From an uncultured archaeon (GTDB taxonomy: Archaea; Asgardarchaeota; Hermodarchaeia; Hermodarchaeales; Hermodarchaeaceae), in assembly GCA_964347045.1 (NCBI GenBank), contig CAYFXC010000003.1:70701-134700 (forward strand): 64,000 bases of DNA. Reading direction: 5' to 3'. Made by a program: the position numbers and the translations under genes. Under the pieces are notes generated by a model that saw only the letters and a program-made list of their open reading frames with translations, was not told the origin of the DNA and ran no database searches. Below, piece by piece: positions 9,797 through 19,859 of this stretch (position 1 is the first letter of the stretch; each line of letters begins with the position of its first letter).

Positions 9797-10855
9797 TCAT
9801 TCGTAAAGCTGACCAAGGGACTGTACACATTCTACTACTAATTGAACCGTTGATTCCAAATCTGAAAACTGAATCATCGAGTTCGTCGTATGGAAATAAC
9901 GTGTCGGCACAAGCAAAGCCGTTGTTTTACTGCCGGCTTTTGCTATTTCAACGGCTGCGGCATCAGTGCCAAAATGAACGGGCGCACGTAATGCGACCTC
10001 CTGCAATGGTATTCGATGCTTCTCAGCGATTTTAGCAATCCATGTATTCATCGTCTGAGAGGTCACATGATATTGATCCGCTTTCAACAAGGTGGGTCCT
10101 TGACCCAGCTTAACAGGAATCAGACCCGGTTTAATGTCAGGATGATCCTCTGTTGGTGACACATCAAAGGCGATTCCAAAGTCTGGTTCAACCCTGAATG
10201 CCACAGATTTCGCTCCACGAGTTCCCAGTTCTTCTTGAACCGAAGCTACACCCACTACTTGCATTGCCAACTTCTCATTTTGGATTCGGCGAAAGGTTTC
10301 TATCATGGCCACCAGCCCTACCCGATTATCAAAACAGTTACCGAGAAATCGACCATTTGCGAGTTCAATAAAATGTTTCTCTGCTGTAACATACTGCCCA
10401 ATTTCAAATCCCATTGATTGCGCGTCATCAAAACTGTCTGCCCCACAATCAATGAACATTTGATCAAATTCCGGTCGATAACCCTGTTGTAATTCTTTCA
10501 TCGGAATAATGTGTGGGGCGACCAGGCCCACAACACCAGGTTTTTTCCCTTGATTTCCATGGACGATTACCCGTTGCCCAAGAATGTTCCATCGGTGACC
10601 GACAAGTCGAGTAAACCGAAGGTATCCGTTATTGTCAATGTGAGTCAAAAGGAGTGCCCAATCTTCATCTTGATGGGCAATCAGCATCAATGATTTTGCT
10701 TCCCTTCCATGTCGATTTACAATCACATTACCAAGGGCATCAACACGAAGTTCATCAACATAGGGTTCTAACTCTCGAGTGACAATCTGCCGAACTTCAT
10801 TTTCACGACCTGGAGGCGCATCAGCAAGAACTAACTCATGTAACAAATCACGCAT
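9797..10855 (-). CDS. M42 family (TET-type) metalloaminopeptidase
   Basis: DALGNV, AHQDE, DNRVG, VQEELG, GTDA, RYFHT. Confidence 0.9.
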   Translation of the reverse strand: MRDLLHELVLADAPPGRENEVRQIVTRELEPYVDELRVDALGNVIVNRHGREAKSLMLIAHQDEDWALLLTHIDNNGYLRFTRLVGHRWNILGQRVIVHGNQGKKPGVVGLVAPHIIPMKELQQGYRPEFDQMFIDCGADSFDDAQSMGFEIGQYVTAEKHFIELANGRFLGNCFDNRVGLVAMIETFRRIQNEKLAMQVVGVASVQEELGTRGAKSVAFRVEPDFGIAFDVSPTEDHPDIKPGLIPVKLGQGPTLLKADQYHVTSQTMNTWIAKIAEKHRIPLQEVALRAPVHFGTDAAAVEIAKAGSKTTALLVPTRYFHTTNSMIQFSDLESTVQLVVECVQSLGQLYE

Positions 10856-10858
10856 TTC

Positions 10859-11557
10859 TTATCTATCCTTACGATTGAGAATTTCAATTAACCGCGGAGG
10901 AAAATCAGTAATGATCCCATCAACACCGAAATCAATGAACTGATGCATCTCCTCAGGTTCATTTATCACCCACGGATTAACCTTCAACCCCATTCGATGA
11001 GCTATACGAACAAACTGAGCATCAACCAAATGCAACTGAGGATTAATCGCAGAGCAACCCAATCCTTTTGCAACATCGACTGGGTTCTGCAAATCATACT
11101 CATACAAAAGGGCTGTAGCAATTTCATCGTTTAGGTTTCGGATCTTTTTCAATACCGGCTGAATAAAAGAAGAAATCATTATTCGATGAAGCAAATCATA
11201 TTCTTGGATGAGATGTAGAAGTTGTGATTCGATATCGACTATTTTCACATCCAGATTGATTCTTAACTCATCGTATGATCTTACCAACTCAAAGAATTCA
11301 ACCAAGGTAGGAATTCTTTCTGTGTCACTAACTTTCAAACCTTTTAGCTCATCCCAGGTGTGCTCTGCTACCTTACCGACTCCGTTGGAAAGACGTTCCA
11401 ATGAAAAATCATGAATGAGAGCGAGTACCCCATCACTTGAACTACGGACATCACATTCAATACAATCTACTCCCCAAGAAATGGCGGTTTGAAATCCTGT
11501 GAGGGTGTTTTCAAACGGGCCCGTTCCGACTCCTCGATGGGTAATCACCTGAACCAT
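10859..11557 (-). CDS. Glycerophosphodiester phosphodiesterase
   Basis: HRG..ENT, IECDV, HD, IPTL, GVDGIITDFP. Confidence 0.93.
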   Translation of the reverse strand: MVQVITHRGVGTGPFENTLTGFQTAISWGVDCIECDVRSSSDGVLALIHDFSLERLSNGVGKVAEHTWDELKGLKVSDTERIPTLVEFFELVRSYDELRINLDVKIVDIESQLLHLIQEYDLLHRIMISSFIQPVLKKIRNLNDEIATALLYEYDLQNPVDVAKGLGCSAINPQLHLVDAQFVRIAHRMGLKVNPWVINEPEEMHQFIDFGVDGIITDFPPRLIEILNRKDR

Positions 11558-11771
11558 AGGATTACCTCGCGAATAATACGCGCGTTTATTATTTCAAATG
11601 ACTATCAGTTTTAACGCTTATGTGATATTGCTGATATGCAAGATTAAAGGTGCTCCCATTTCAAAGGCCGTCAAATTCAATATAGATTTTTTAGAATATC
11701 GCTGAATGAATATTATTTCGACTGAAAAGTCAAAACTAACGTAATTTCGAATGAAATGGTTGAAAAAACAA

Positions 11772-12167
11772 CTACTCTTCAGTTTTTTCCGCCTGCTCTG
11801 GCTCCTCTGATACTACGAATAAATGCTCATCATTCAAGGTGAAAGCGGCTAATTCAAACTTACCTGTCATGGTTATTGCTTTCTTTGGGCAAACCGCCTC
11901 ACAGGTTCCACACCAAATACAGCGGTCGAAGCGAAATTGGGGCTTCTTTTTGGTTTTAGTCTTCGTGGCTTCAACCATTTCGATGGCTGTTGCAGGGCAG
12001 TCGCGGCTGCAGAGTCCGCAGCCGGTGCATTTTTCGATATCGTGTTCGATTTTACCGCGGAGGCGTTCGGGGCGAACGGCTTCTTGAAAAGGATAGCGAA
12101 TCGTGGCAGTTTTTCGTCTGAGGACGGTGCCAAGAATTTCGCCTTCCATTGCTCCAGGTCGTGGCAT
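11772..12167 (-). CDS. NuoI/MbhN-like 2x[4Fe-4S] subunit of a membrane-bound hydrogenase
   Basis: TIRYPF..RG, CTGCGLCSRDCP, CIWCGTCEAVCP. Confidence 0.9.
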   Translation of the reverse strand: MPRPGAMEGEILGTVLRRKTATIRYPFQEAVRPERLRGKIEHDIEKCTGCGLCSRDCPATAIEMVEATKTKTKKKPQFRFDRCIWCGTCEAVCPKKAITMTGKFELAAFTLNDEHLFVVSEEPEQAEKTEE

Positions 12168-12179
12168 TTTTTTACACTC

Positions 12180-13361
12180 CTAAGGTAAGATGGCGACAAT
12201 CCAGTCCATGATGAATGGCCAGGCTAAAAGGATGCCGACCATGAGGAGGCTGAAGGGAATAACCCATTTCCAGCTATCACGGGCGATTTGGTCAATTCGC
12301 CATCGAGAGAAGAGGGCTTTCATATTGGATAGGATCAAGACAATGGCGGTGGTTTTGACGATGAACCAGAAAGCGTAGTAAATGGCTGCAATTGCAGGAT
12401 TGAGTAATAAGGGCATATTGGTGATAATCCAAGCCATATAATGTCCAGAGTTGATGGTGATCCCATGCACGAAACCACCATTGGCAATGAAGATGAAGAA
12501 GATTTCTGGTCCAAGAGGGCCTCCCAGGAAAACGGCTGTACCCAATGCGGAGGCGAGGAGAACTTCAAAGTTATTGGAGAGTCGGAAGAAGGCAAGTTTC
12601 TTCCCGGAGAATTCGGTTTCCCAACCGCCAACAATTTCAGTTTCAGCAATGGGTGCATCAAAGGGTATGCGTTCGGCTTCTGCTTGTGCAGCGATCAGGA
12701 AGACAATGAAGAGTCCAATGAATGCTGGGTTAAAGATTAGGGGTAACCCAAGGTTTGCTTGGTATACGACGACGCCTGTAAGGCTCAAACTCCCTGCTAC
12801 CATTCCCGCCGCAAACAGTGCGAGGAGTAACGGAATTTCATATGCGAGCATCTGGACGATGCCACGTACTGCTCCAGTAAAGCCAAACCGGTTTGACGAT
12901 GACCAGCCGGCGATAAACAGCATTATGGTGAACATAGTGCTGAAGAAGCCGATCATAAGTAAATCGCCTTCAAAATACATGATGCCCGTTACTGTAAAGA
13001 ATGGCGTCTGAGAAATCGCTATCGGAACTAGCATAAGCACGGAGATGGGAATTGCCAAAGCTAGAATGGGGGTCAGCGTAAAGCCGATTTTATCTGCGGC
13101 TACTGGGGTTACATCCTCTTTAGCCATCAACTTGACAAAATCTGCGAAGGGTTGAAGGATGCCTCGCCAGCCTGTATGTAATGGACCGATGCGGTGGTGT
13201 TGGTCGGCATAGAATTTGCGGTCAATCCATTCAATATAGAAGGCATATCCTGTTAGGAACAGGAACCCAGGAAAGATTATAATCATCAGTAGTGTGACGA
13301 TTGCATTCAATGGTGGGGGTAATAGCACCTGCACATTGCGCACTCTCCAGTGGGTCATCAA
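12180..13361 (-). CDS. NuoH/MbhM-like (complex I subunit 1) membrane subunit
   Basis: DRKF..HRIGP..GILQPFADFVKL.KE, QMLAYEIP, RIPFDAPIAETEIVGG, RWRIDQ. Confidence 0.93.
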   Translation of the reverse strand: MMTHWRVRNVQVLLPPPLNAIVTLLMIIIFPGFLFLTGYAFYIEWIDRKFYADQHHRIGPLHTGWRGILQPFADFVKLMAKEDVTPVAADKIGFTLTPILALAIPISVLMLVPIAISQTPFFTVTGIMYFEGDLLMIGFFSTMFTIMLFIAGWSSSNRFGFTGAVRGIVQMLAYEIPLLLALFAAGMVAGSLSLTGVVVYQANLGLPLIFNPAFIGLFIVFLIAAQAEAERIPFDAPIAETEIVGGWETEFSGKKLAFFRLSNNFEVLLASALGTAVFLGGPLGPEIFFIFIANGGFVHGITINSGHYMAWIITNMPLLLNPAIAAIYYAFWFIVKTTAIVLILSNMKALFSRWRIDQIARDSWKWVIPFSLLMVGILLAWPFIMDWIVAILP

Positions 13362-13384
13362 TATGATTCGCTTCTGCTAAAAAA

Positions 13385-13439
13385 GCCTTTTACTACCACA
13401 AGATTTTGCAGACACACAAGTTATACGATACTTATAACC
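13385..13439 (-). promoter_or_regulatory. Upstream motif of the nuoH-like gene, similar to the one upstream of the hydrogenase large subunit
   Basis: gcctttt..cc..aaga..ca.aca.agttatac..ttata aligns with 23105-23163 and contains the palindrome GTTATA-N7-TATAAC (13420-13438). Confidence 0.5.
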
Positions 13440-13552
13440 AAGAAAATTATAGAATAGTTCAAGCTGTGGTGAAACAATTGCTCGACTTTCTCCAAGCTGG
13501 GCAATGAATGGGTATCCTCTTTGAAAAGCGATAATGGGACGTCGAATAAGAA

Positions 13553-14086
13553 ATGAGTGGTGTTCAAAATTCTCGACTTGAAACGCTTCTCCTCATGGGC
13601 AGTAAAGCCTTCAAAGCTCAGACTTTACCTGTTGAAATTATCACTCGTCTCAACGCGGCCCTGGATCGAAATATGAGAATCATTGTTGGTGAAGCGCCTG
13701 GTGCAAATCATGTCTTCCAAGACTATTTGGCATCACAAAACTACCGCAACGTACTCGTTGGTCATGCACGAAGCATTCGCTACAATGCAGGAAACTGGGA
13801 GACTAAACAATATGGCGACAATGTTCGTGAACGGGAAAAAGGAATGATTTCCGAATGCGATGAAGCCATCATCATCTGGGTCAACAACAGCAGCGTCATC
13901 GCCACCAACCTCGAACGCCTTAAAGAACTCGGCATACCCACCTTTCTCTACGAATATTCTCAATCAACACAAAAAGCCCAAGCAGGTATGCTCGATCCCT
14001 CTCGTACCTATGACCCTAACTACCGCCGGTACAAATACTTCAAACGAAAAAATGCAAGCAACTACGATATGCCCCTAAACGGTTAA
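13553..14086 (+). CDS. Putative SLOG-superfamily (YspA-like) protein
   Basis: LMGSK..., IIVGEAPGAN, RE..MI..CDEAIIIW resembles the SLOG Rossmannoid pattern. Confidence 0.5.
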   Translation: MSGVQNSRLETLLLMGSKAFKAQTLPVEIITRLNAALDRNMRIIVGEAPGANHVFQDYLASQNYRNVLVGHARSIRYNAGNWETKQYGDNVREREKGMISECDEAIIIWVNNSSVIATNLERLKELGIPTFLYEYSQSTQKAQAGMLDPSRTYDPNYRRYKYFKRKNASNYDMPLNG

Positions 14087-14253
14087 TACTGATTTAACTT
14101 TCGAGTATTTTCATGGCTTCGTTTGGTCAAAAACGTCTTTTCATGGTAATGTGAAAGTGTGTTGTTCCATCCCAACCAAAAGTTACTCTTTTTACCGTAA
14201 ATACAGTAAAATTTATATTTAATGGAGTAATTTCGCAAAATGGTGAAAGCCAA

Positions 14254-14952
14254 GTGAAACGTTGGCCTCGAGTAAAAACTGTTGCTATCGCCGCCTTGAT
14301 ATCATTGGCAATTTTTTCTATAACGATTCTCAATTACCCTGAACCGTTGGTCCGTCGATTATCTTGGCTGACTCATCCAGGTGCCTATGCTATCTATACA
14401 CGAGGACGGACCTACGAATTGACCAATGGGTCAATCCGTATGGACGTCATTGACGGCACACCAATTACCACATCTATCCAAGTTTCAACATGGAACGGTT
14501 CACATTGGTGCACTCCAACCATTTTCCATGATCTCCCCATCCATCATTCTACCTCTTTTTGGGTAGCCAATGATCTTCTTGTCGGTGGTAGGCTCAACAA
14601 CCTTATCATTAATCACACTTCGGAAATCCTTGAAATATGGCACGATTATGATGAAGCTGACGAAGGCAACTCCGGACAATACGTTGTAAGTGTCAAATCC
14701 GTCACCCCAGGCCTCAGCCTCTTCGTTGGACGCTTTGCCGTCGAATGCGGATTAGTTACCGGCTGGTACTACCCCGAATTCTACCGCCTATACGAAACCA
14801 ACCTATTCCTCGGCATCTACACCCTCTTTATAGGCTACCCCATCTTCGGAATACTCGTCTTAGCCCCTGTCATCCTCATGATTACCTCAATCCTTCTCAT
14901 CTACGAAGGCTTACGCTACCTCCAACACTTACCACGCAAATCCTTGAAATAA
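14254..14952 (+). CDS. Hypothetical membrane protein
   Basis: N-terminal and C-terminal hydrophobic segments flanking a soluble beta-rich domain. Confidence 0.6.
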   Translation: MKRWPRVKTVAIAALISLAIFSITILNYPEPLVRRLSWLTHPGAYAIYTRGRTYELTNGSIRMDVIDGTPITTSIQVSTWNGSHWCTPTIFHDLPIHHSTSFWVANDLLVGGRLNNLIINHTSEILEIWHDYDEADEGNSGQYVVSVKSVTPGLSLFVGRFAVECGLVTGWYYPEFYRLYETNLFLGIYTLFIGYPIFGILVLAPVILMITSILLIYEGLRYLQHLPRKSLK

Positions 14953-15059
14953 AACTGAATTAAATGAACCATCGATGCTAACTCATCAAAAGAAAATCTA
15001 ATTTTGTAATCACTTGAAAGCGTAGAATCCAAAAACCCTGGAAACCTATAACTTACAGA

Positions 15060-16103
15060 ATGAAATGTCCACTCAAGGATCAAGGACTTGAACGCGGAGC
15101 CTGTCAAACCAGAACCTGTGATGGTCAGTCACAGCCTGCCTGTCAGGTAACCCTTCGAAAAAACAAAAACGGAATGTTCGAACGACTTATACGATCTATG
15201 CATCTCAGTCGACCGGAAGACTACTTTTCCGTATACCAGAGTGGATGCAATCACACGTGTTTGAAATGTCATTCGGCGGAGTTCAGTAAAACAGCAAATG
15301 GCGAATGGATTTCCACACATGAATTAGCCCTCATTTCAAAAGACTATCGTCAAGAAGTAACTGTTTGGGAACCTCGAGAACGGGCAACCATGTGGCACGC
15401 AGGAACCCTTTGTAAGCATTGTGGATCCTGTCGACTCACCGGTCTTCACTCACCCCAATGCCCACAGACACTAGACCCAACGCAAATTACCCGATCTGTC
15501 CAAGGCTATGGTCCTGCACGCAATATCATCGCCTTTACTGGGGGCGACTTAGGTTGTCACCCTGAGTATTACGCTGAAGCAGCCCACGCCATCAAAACCG
15601 CTGCAGGAAACAATATGTGGGTGCTCTTCGAAACTAATGGGTATGCCTTAACACAACCGAATCTACAAATTCTCAAGGACGGTGGTGTCGATGCCTTCTG
15701 GCTCGACATCAAAGCCCACAATCCCAAGATATACAAAAAACTCTGCGGCACCTCCAATAAAACAGTCTTAGACTCCATATCGTTGAGCCATGATGCAGGG
15801 TTTGTGCTTGAAATCCTCACCCTCTACATCCCCGGATGGGTGGAAACCGACCAACACACCGCCATTGCCCAACTCATCGCTGAAACTGACCCCACCATTC
15901 CTACAACACTCCTCGCCTTCTTTCCAACCTACCACCTTTCCCACGAAAAACCTCCTTCTCTTCAAGAAATAGTCCAAAGTGCCCAAGCCATGCAACAACA
16001 AGGCCTAACCAACCTACGTCTAGGCAACATCGGCGTTTTTGTCAAAACCCAGTACGACTACGAATTTCTCACCACAAACTTGACAGACATATCCATCGGG
16101 TGA
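15060..16103 (+). CDS. Radical SAM protein (PFL-activase-like fold) with extra Cys motifs
   Basis: CNHTCLKC, AFTGGD, ETNGY, WLDIKA; extra CKHCGSC. Confidence 0.88.
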   Translation: MKCPLKDQGLERGACQTRTCDGQSQPACQVTLRKNKNGMFERLIRSMHLSRPEDYFSVYQSGCNHTCLKCHSAEFSKTANGEWISTHELALISKDYRQEVTVWEPRERATMWHAGTLCKHCGSCRLTGLHSPQCPQTLDPTQITRSVQGYGPARNIIAFTGGDLGCHPEYYAEAAHAIKTAAGNNMWVLFETNGYALTQPNLQILKDGGVDAFWLDIKAHNPKIYKKLCGTSNKTVLDSISLSHDAGFVLEILTLYIPGWVETDQHTAIAQLIAETDPTIPTTLLAFFPTYHLSHEKPPSLQEIVQSAQAMQQQGLTNLRLGNIGVFVKTQYDYEFLTTNLTDISIG

Positions 16104-16169
16104 AACAAAAAATCTAATCATAGCTATCGGCATACTCGATGTTCACGACCCGATAAGGCCACCAAGCTA

Positions 16170-16276
16170 CTACCGACCCCAAGCTTTTCCTCTTTCAACT
16201 CTTCACGATTCTGCTCCTGAATCCACGTCCATGGCTTCTTCTCCTCCAATCCATAAAAATACCCAAAGATAATTCC
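16170..16276 (-). pseudogene. Decayed duplicate of the 3' end of the hydrogenase large-subunit gene
   Basis: Translates as GIIFGYFYGLEEKKPWTWIQEQNREELK/(frameshift)/GKAWGR*, versus RIILSYPDGKQEEKPWAWFQEKSREERNRIKAWRR* at 21857-21964. Hand count is ~69/108 nt identical with one 1-nt gap. Confidence 0.8.
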
Positions 16277-16397
16277 GTTCAAACTGAACACGTAGCCTAA
16301 TTAGCCATCACCATAAACACCCCCATTTTTCTGCCATAACATTTAACAACTGATGCTAATCTGAAACATCATCATCACAGATTATTAGGGTAAGTCC

Positions 16398-17669
16398 ATG
16401 GTTCACCAAATCTTCAGACGGAATCTCGATAAATGCTGGAATTGTGGGTTTTGTACTGAAACGGTAGATTGTCCGAGTCCCCAAGTATGTATTGGATGCC
16501 AAGCATGCTACTTGGCATGCTATAGAGAAGCTATCGAACCAATTGAACAAACATTGGACAATGAAATTACAATTATGCTGGATGAAAAGCCTGTTACTGT
16601 ACCAAGCCAAGTCACTATTAAAACGGCTCTTGAAACGCTGGGCATCCGATTTTCCCGGTTTCCTGATTCACACGACCTATTTACCCCTTGCCAGACTGGT
16701 GGGTGTTATTCCTGTTTAGTTTCCGTTGATGGTGAAATTCTTCCCTGCTGTCACACACCAGTAAAATCGGGTCAACACATTCGAACAAAGATAGCCGACG
16801 ATTTCGTACCCCGCAGAATTGTTGGATGGTATAGCCCTCACCCAGTTGGCGGGGTTGGAACTCCGTGGAGTGCGAAAAATCTTGGCAGAACCCGGCACTC
16901 ATACATTGAAGTAGCTTGTTTCAGCGCAGGGTGCAACCTTAGATGTAAAACTTGTCAGAACTTTGATACAACCTATAATAGTCGTGCACCAGCCGTCACG
17001 CCCAATGAAGCTGCCGAAATCCTAACGAAACTTCGTCAGAAATCCCATGTCAACCGTCTTGCTATTTCGGGTGGTGAACCGACCCTCAACCGAAAGTGGC
17101 TGATCGAGTTTTTCAAGGAACTCAATCATCTCAACCCAGACCCGAAAGCCCGGTTGCATTTGGACACTAATGCCTCAATTCTGACTCCCGATTACATTGA
17201 TGAACTAATATTGGCAGGTATAACTGACATTGGACCTGATCTGAAAGCCGTTCAGGTTGCTACTTACCAAACAATCACAAATATTTCCGACCCTAATCTA
17301 GCCCAAAAATATCTGGATACATCTTGGGCCGCTGTCAAACATCTGGCCAATCATTATTATCCAAATCAAATCTTCATGGGTGTTGGATTACCTTACAACG
17401 CGGCATTCTTTCCCTCTCAACAACAGAAAGAAACCGAACTTCACCAATGGGGAACCCGACTACATGCCATTGATGATCGAATCCAAGTTTGCATTCTCGA
17501 TTACCGTCCAACCTTCCGACGCCGAGATATCCACCGTCCAACAATTGAAGAAATACGAGCTGTCAAGAAGTTACTCGAAGGAGTAGGACTCCAAACAGTC
17601 ATCGCCCAAACACAACTCGGTCACCTACCTCCCAAACAACCAGCGCCTGATCGTACACTGCCTCGATAG
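16398..17669 (+). CDS. Radical SAM protein with N-terminal 4Fe-4S and 2Fe-2S ferredoxin-like domains
   Basis: CWNCGFC/CIGCQACYLAC, CQTGGCYSC..CC, CNLRCKTC, ISGGEPT, DTNAS. Confidence 0.88.
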   Translation: MVHQIFRRNLDKCWNCGFCTETVDCPSPQVCIGCQACYLACYREAIEPIEQTLDNEITIMLDEKPVTVPSQVTIKTALETLGIRFSRFPDSHDLFTPCQTGGCYSCLVSVDGEILPCCHTPVKSGQHIRTKIADDFVPRRIVGWYSPHPVGGVGTPWSAKNLGRTRHSYIEVACFSAGCNLRCKTCQNFDTTYNSRAPAVTPNEAAEILTKLRQKSHVNRLAISGGEPTLNRKWLIEFFKELNHLNPDPKARLHLDTNASILTPDYIDELILAGITDIGPDLKAVQVATYQTITNISDPNLAQKYLDTSWAAVKHLANHYYPNQIFMGVGLPYNAAFFPSQQQKETELHQWGTRLHAIDDRIQVCILDYRPTFRRRDIHRPTIEEIRAVKKLLEGVGLQTVIAQTQLGHLPPKQPAPDRTLPR

Positions 17670-17782
17670 GGGCGTTCGAACTCACTGATGCATTCTAGCG
17701 AGATGAATGAAATCAGAGGCGCAGATAGACCTCTACCTTTCCAACCATTTAATTAGCTTTTTAGATAAAAGCGAAAAAAGAA

Positions 17783-18184
17783 CTACTCCTCTTTATCAAA
17801 ATTGAGGGAGACCGAATTAATACAATAGCGTAACCCCGTCTTTTCTCTCGGGCCATCATCAAACACATGTCCAAGATGCCCCCCACAATTCTTACATAGG
17901 ACTTCTATTCGTCGCATACCATGCGAAAGATCGAGTTTCTCTTCAATTTTGTCTTTATCCAAGGCCTCATAGAAGCTCGGCCAACCACAACGCGAATCAA
18001 ATTTGGCTTCCGATGAAAAGAGTTCCACACCACACCCCGCACACTTGTAAGTACCCTTCTCTTTATAGTTCCAATACACACCACTAAAAGGTCGTTCTGT
18101 GCCCTTCTCGCGCAATACCCGATACTCTTCTTTTGATAATTTCCTCTTCCACTCTTCTTCGGATAACTCTCTTGCCTTCTTCAT
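17783..18184 (-). CDS. msrB: Peptide-methionine (R)-S-oxide reductase
   Basis: GTERPF, CAGC, CGWPSF, CKNC.GHLGHVF.DGP, RYCINS. Confidence 0.97.
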   Translation of the reverse strand: MKKARELSEEEWKRKLSKEEYRVLREKGTERPFSGVYWNYKEKGTYKCAGCGVELFSSEAKFDSRCGWPSFYEALDKDKIEEKLDLSHGMRRIEVLCKNCGGHLGHVFDDGPREKTGLRYCINSVSLNFDKEE

Positions 18185-18201
18185 TTCAATCTATTATCTA
18201 G

Positions 18202-18591
18202 CAGCGACAAATCACTAATTGCCTTTCGCAATTACTAGCACCAACTGACTCGGAATCCTTCCTCAGCTGGTATGATTCAAGGAGATCCGAACTTGATGAG
18301 TGGTTCTTCGAAAGCCTAGAAAGAATGAAACTAGAAGTAAGCGAATCTGGCTACGGCAATGTGAAACTATCACGACCCTTCGATATTGAATATATACGGC
18401 GATTCTTCCAAGACATGGACGTCTATACAGAAGCCAACCTGGCCAGCATCATCGTGAAAAAGAATAGCAATATCTTCATCTATGCAGAACCAAACGACAG
18501 CCAAAGAATCGCCTTCGGCCCAGTCATGGACTATGAGCTCCTCGTCTTAGTCTTCAAATACATACGACAGGTCATGACCCGCAACGCATAA
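18202..18591 (+). pseudogene. Hypothetical protein, probably 5'-truncated
   Basis: The ATG ORF 18325-18591 continues in frame upstream to 18202 (..SESFLSWYDSRRSELDEWFFESLER) with no start codon, reaching almost to msrB. Confidence 0.4.
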
Positions 18592-18649
18592 AGCCCAAGA
18601 AGATCTAATCCTTCTCTAAGTTCACTTTCAGACATTGGTCAAAGTTCCT

Positions 18650-19615
18650 CTAGGAGAGTTTGGTTTGACGTAGTTTTGTTGAAGGTGTTTCACTCAGTTC
18701 CTCTTCATTCATGAGATTGCTGATAGAAAGGTTGATGTCATCTACCGCGGTGCGATTGAAGGTGACTAGGCCGGCTTCCCAGGATTGTCCTCCGGTTGAT
18801 GTTGGGATGAAATTCATTGATGTGATGAGTGCGATACGTCGATCGATAAGGATAATTTTTGCATGAACCCTGTCATTCTTAATCAAATTTACTCCTGCCT
18901 TCTGGAGCCGGTTATGGCATTTCATTTTTGCAGTCTTATAAACCTCGACTCGGTCAAGTTCTGGTGGACGAGTGATAAGAGTCACGTTTTTACCCTTCTG
19001 GGCTGAAAAACGGATTGTATCACTGAGATCACAATCTTGGACAAAAGGATTTACAACAATAACTTCTGTTTTCGCTAAGTCAATGAGATTTTTAGATAGC
19101 TGATCCAGCTTCGACCCTGTCAGGTAAAAATGCTCTGCGTTCATATCGAATTGAAGTTTTAAAAGATGAATCCACTTCTTGATCCAAGCAATGAGCTCGT
19201 CTTGTTGTTCCTCCTTGAAAATGCCTTGAACAGGTTTCTCAATTTCTTCTTGCGGTTCTTCTTCTAATGGTTGAGTATGTATCTTCAAGAATTGTTGATA
19301 TTCCCTATTAAGCTCAGCGCGAAGTGTGTAGGTCTCATTGGGTTGCTTTGTAATCTCTTTGGCATCAGACAGCTCTTGCAGGACATCATTAAGGGTTTGA
19401 CGTGAGAGGCCTGTAATATCGCGAATTGTTCCCCAGGGAAGCGGACCATATTCCGCAAGAACTCTAATCACCCATCCCTTCCACGTGCCCCAATAGGTTG
19501 GTTTTTCTCCCTCGTGGCTTTTTCCCAGTATGTTTCGCCAGTCCGCAATGATTTTTTCTTTAATCTTCTTCGCGCCTTCAACAATTTGCTTACGTGGACC
19601 CACCATATTCCACAC
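18650..19615 (-). CDS. Winged-helix + phospholipase D (HKD) nuclease-like protein
   Basis: N-terminal HTH (WGTIRDITGLSRQTLNDVLQEL); C-terminal VVNPFV and HAKIILID..TSMN. Confidence 0.75.
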   Translation of the reverse strand: MWNMVGPRKQIVEGAKKIKEKIIADWRNILGKSHEGEKPTYWGTWKGWVIRVLAEYGPLPWGTIRDITGLSRQTLNDVLQELSDAKEITKQPNETYTLRAELNREYQQFLKIHTQPLEEEPQEEIEKPVQGIFKEEQQDELIAWIKKWIHLLKLQFDMNAEHFYLTGSKLDQLSKNLIDLAKTEVIVVNPFVQDCDLSDTIRFSAQKGKNVTLITRPPELDRVEVYKTAKMKCHNRLQKAGVNLIKNDRVHAKIILIDRRIALITSMNFIPTSTGGQSWEAGLVTFNRTAVDDINLSISNLMNEEELSETPSTKLRQTKLS

Positions 19616-19859
19616 ACCTCACATCTAGTACTTTTCTCAACGAAAATACTATAAGAAACTGCTTACAGCCACTTCACACTCTACTGGTAGTTGAAAAATC
19701 ATTAGCTCCTCTCCTTTTTTCGATAAAAGTGTGTTAATGCTCCTCTAATTCTGGAAAACCAGCCGTAACGCATATAAAATAGTCAAAATACGCGCACCAC
19801 TCGCACTCCTCTCATCCGAATTTGGCGTCTTAAATACGCCACTAAGAGGTCACCAGTGG

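Noticed and set aside
15020-15058. Possible remnant of the nuoH-like 5' region (FPGFL on the minus strand)
   Set aside because: Similarity spans only ~30 nt and does not extend; could be chance.
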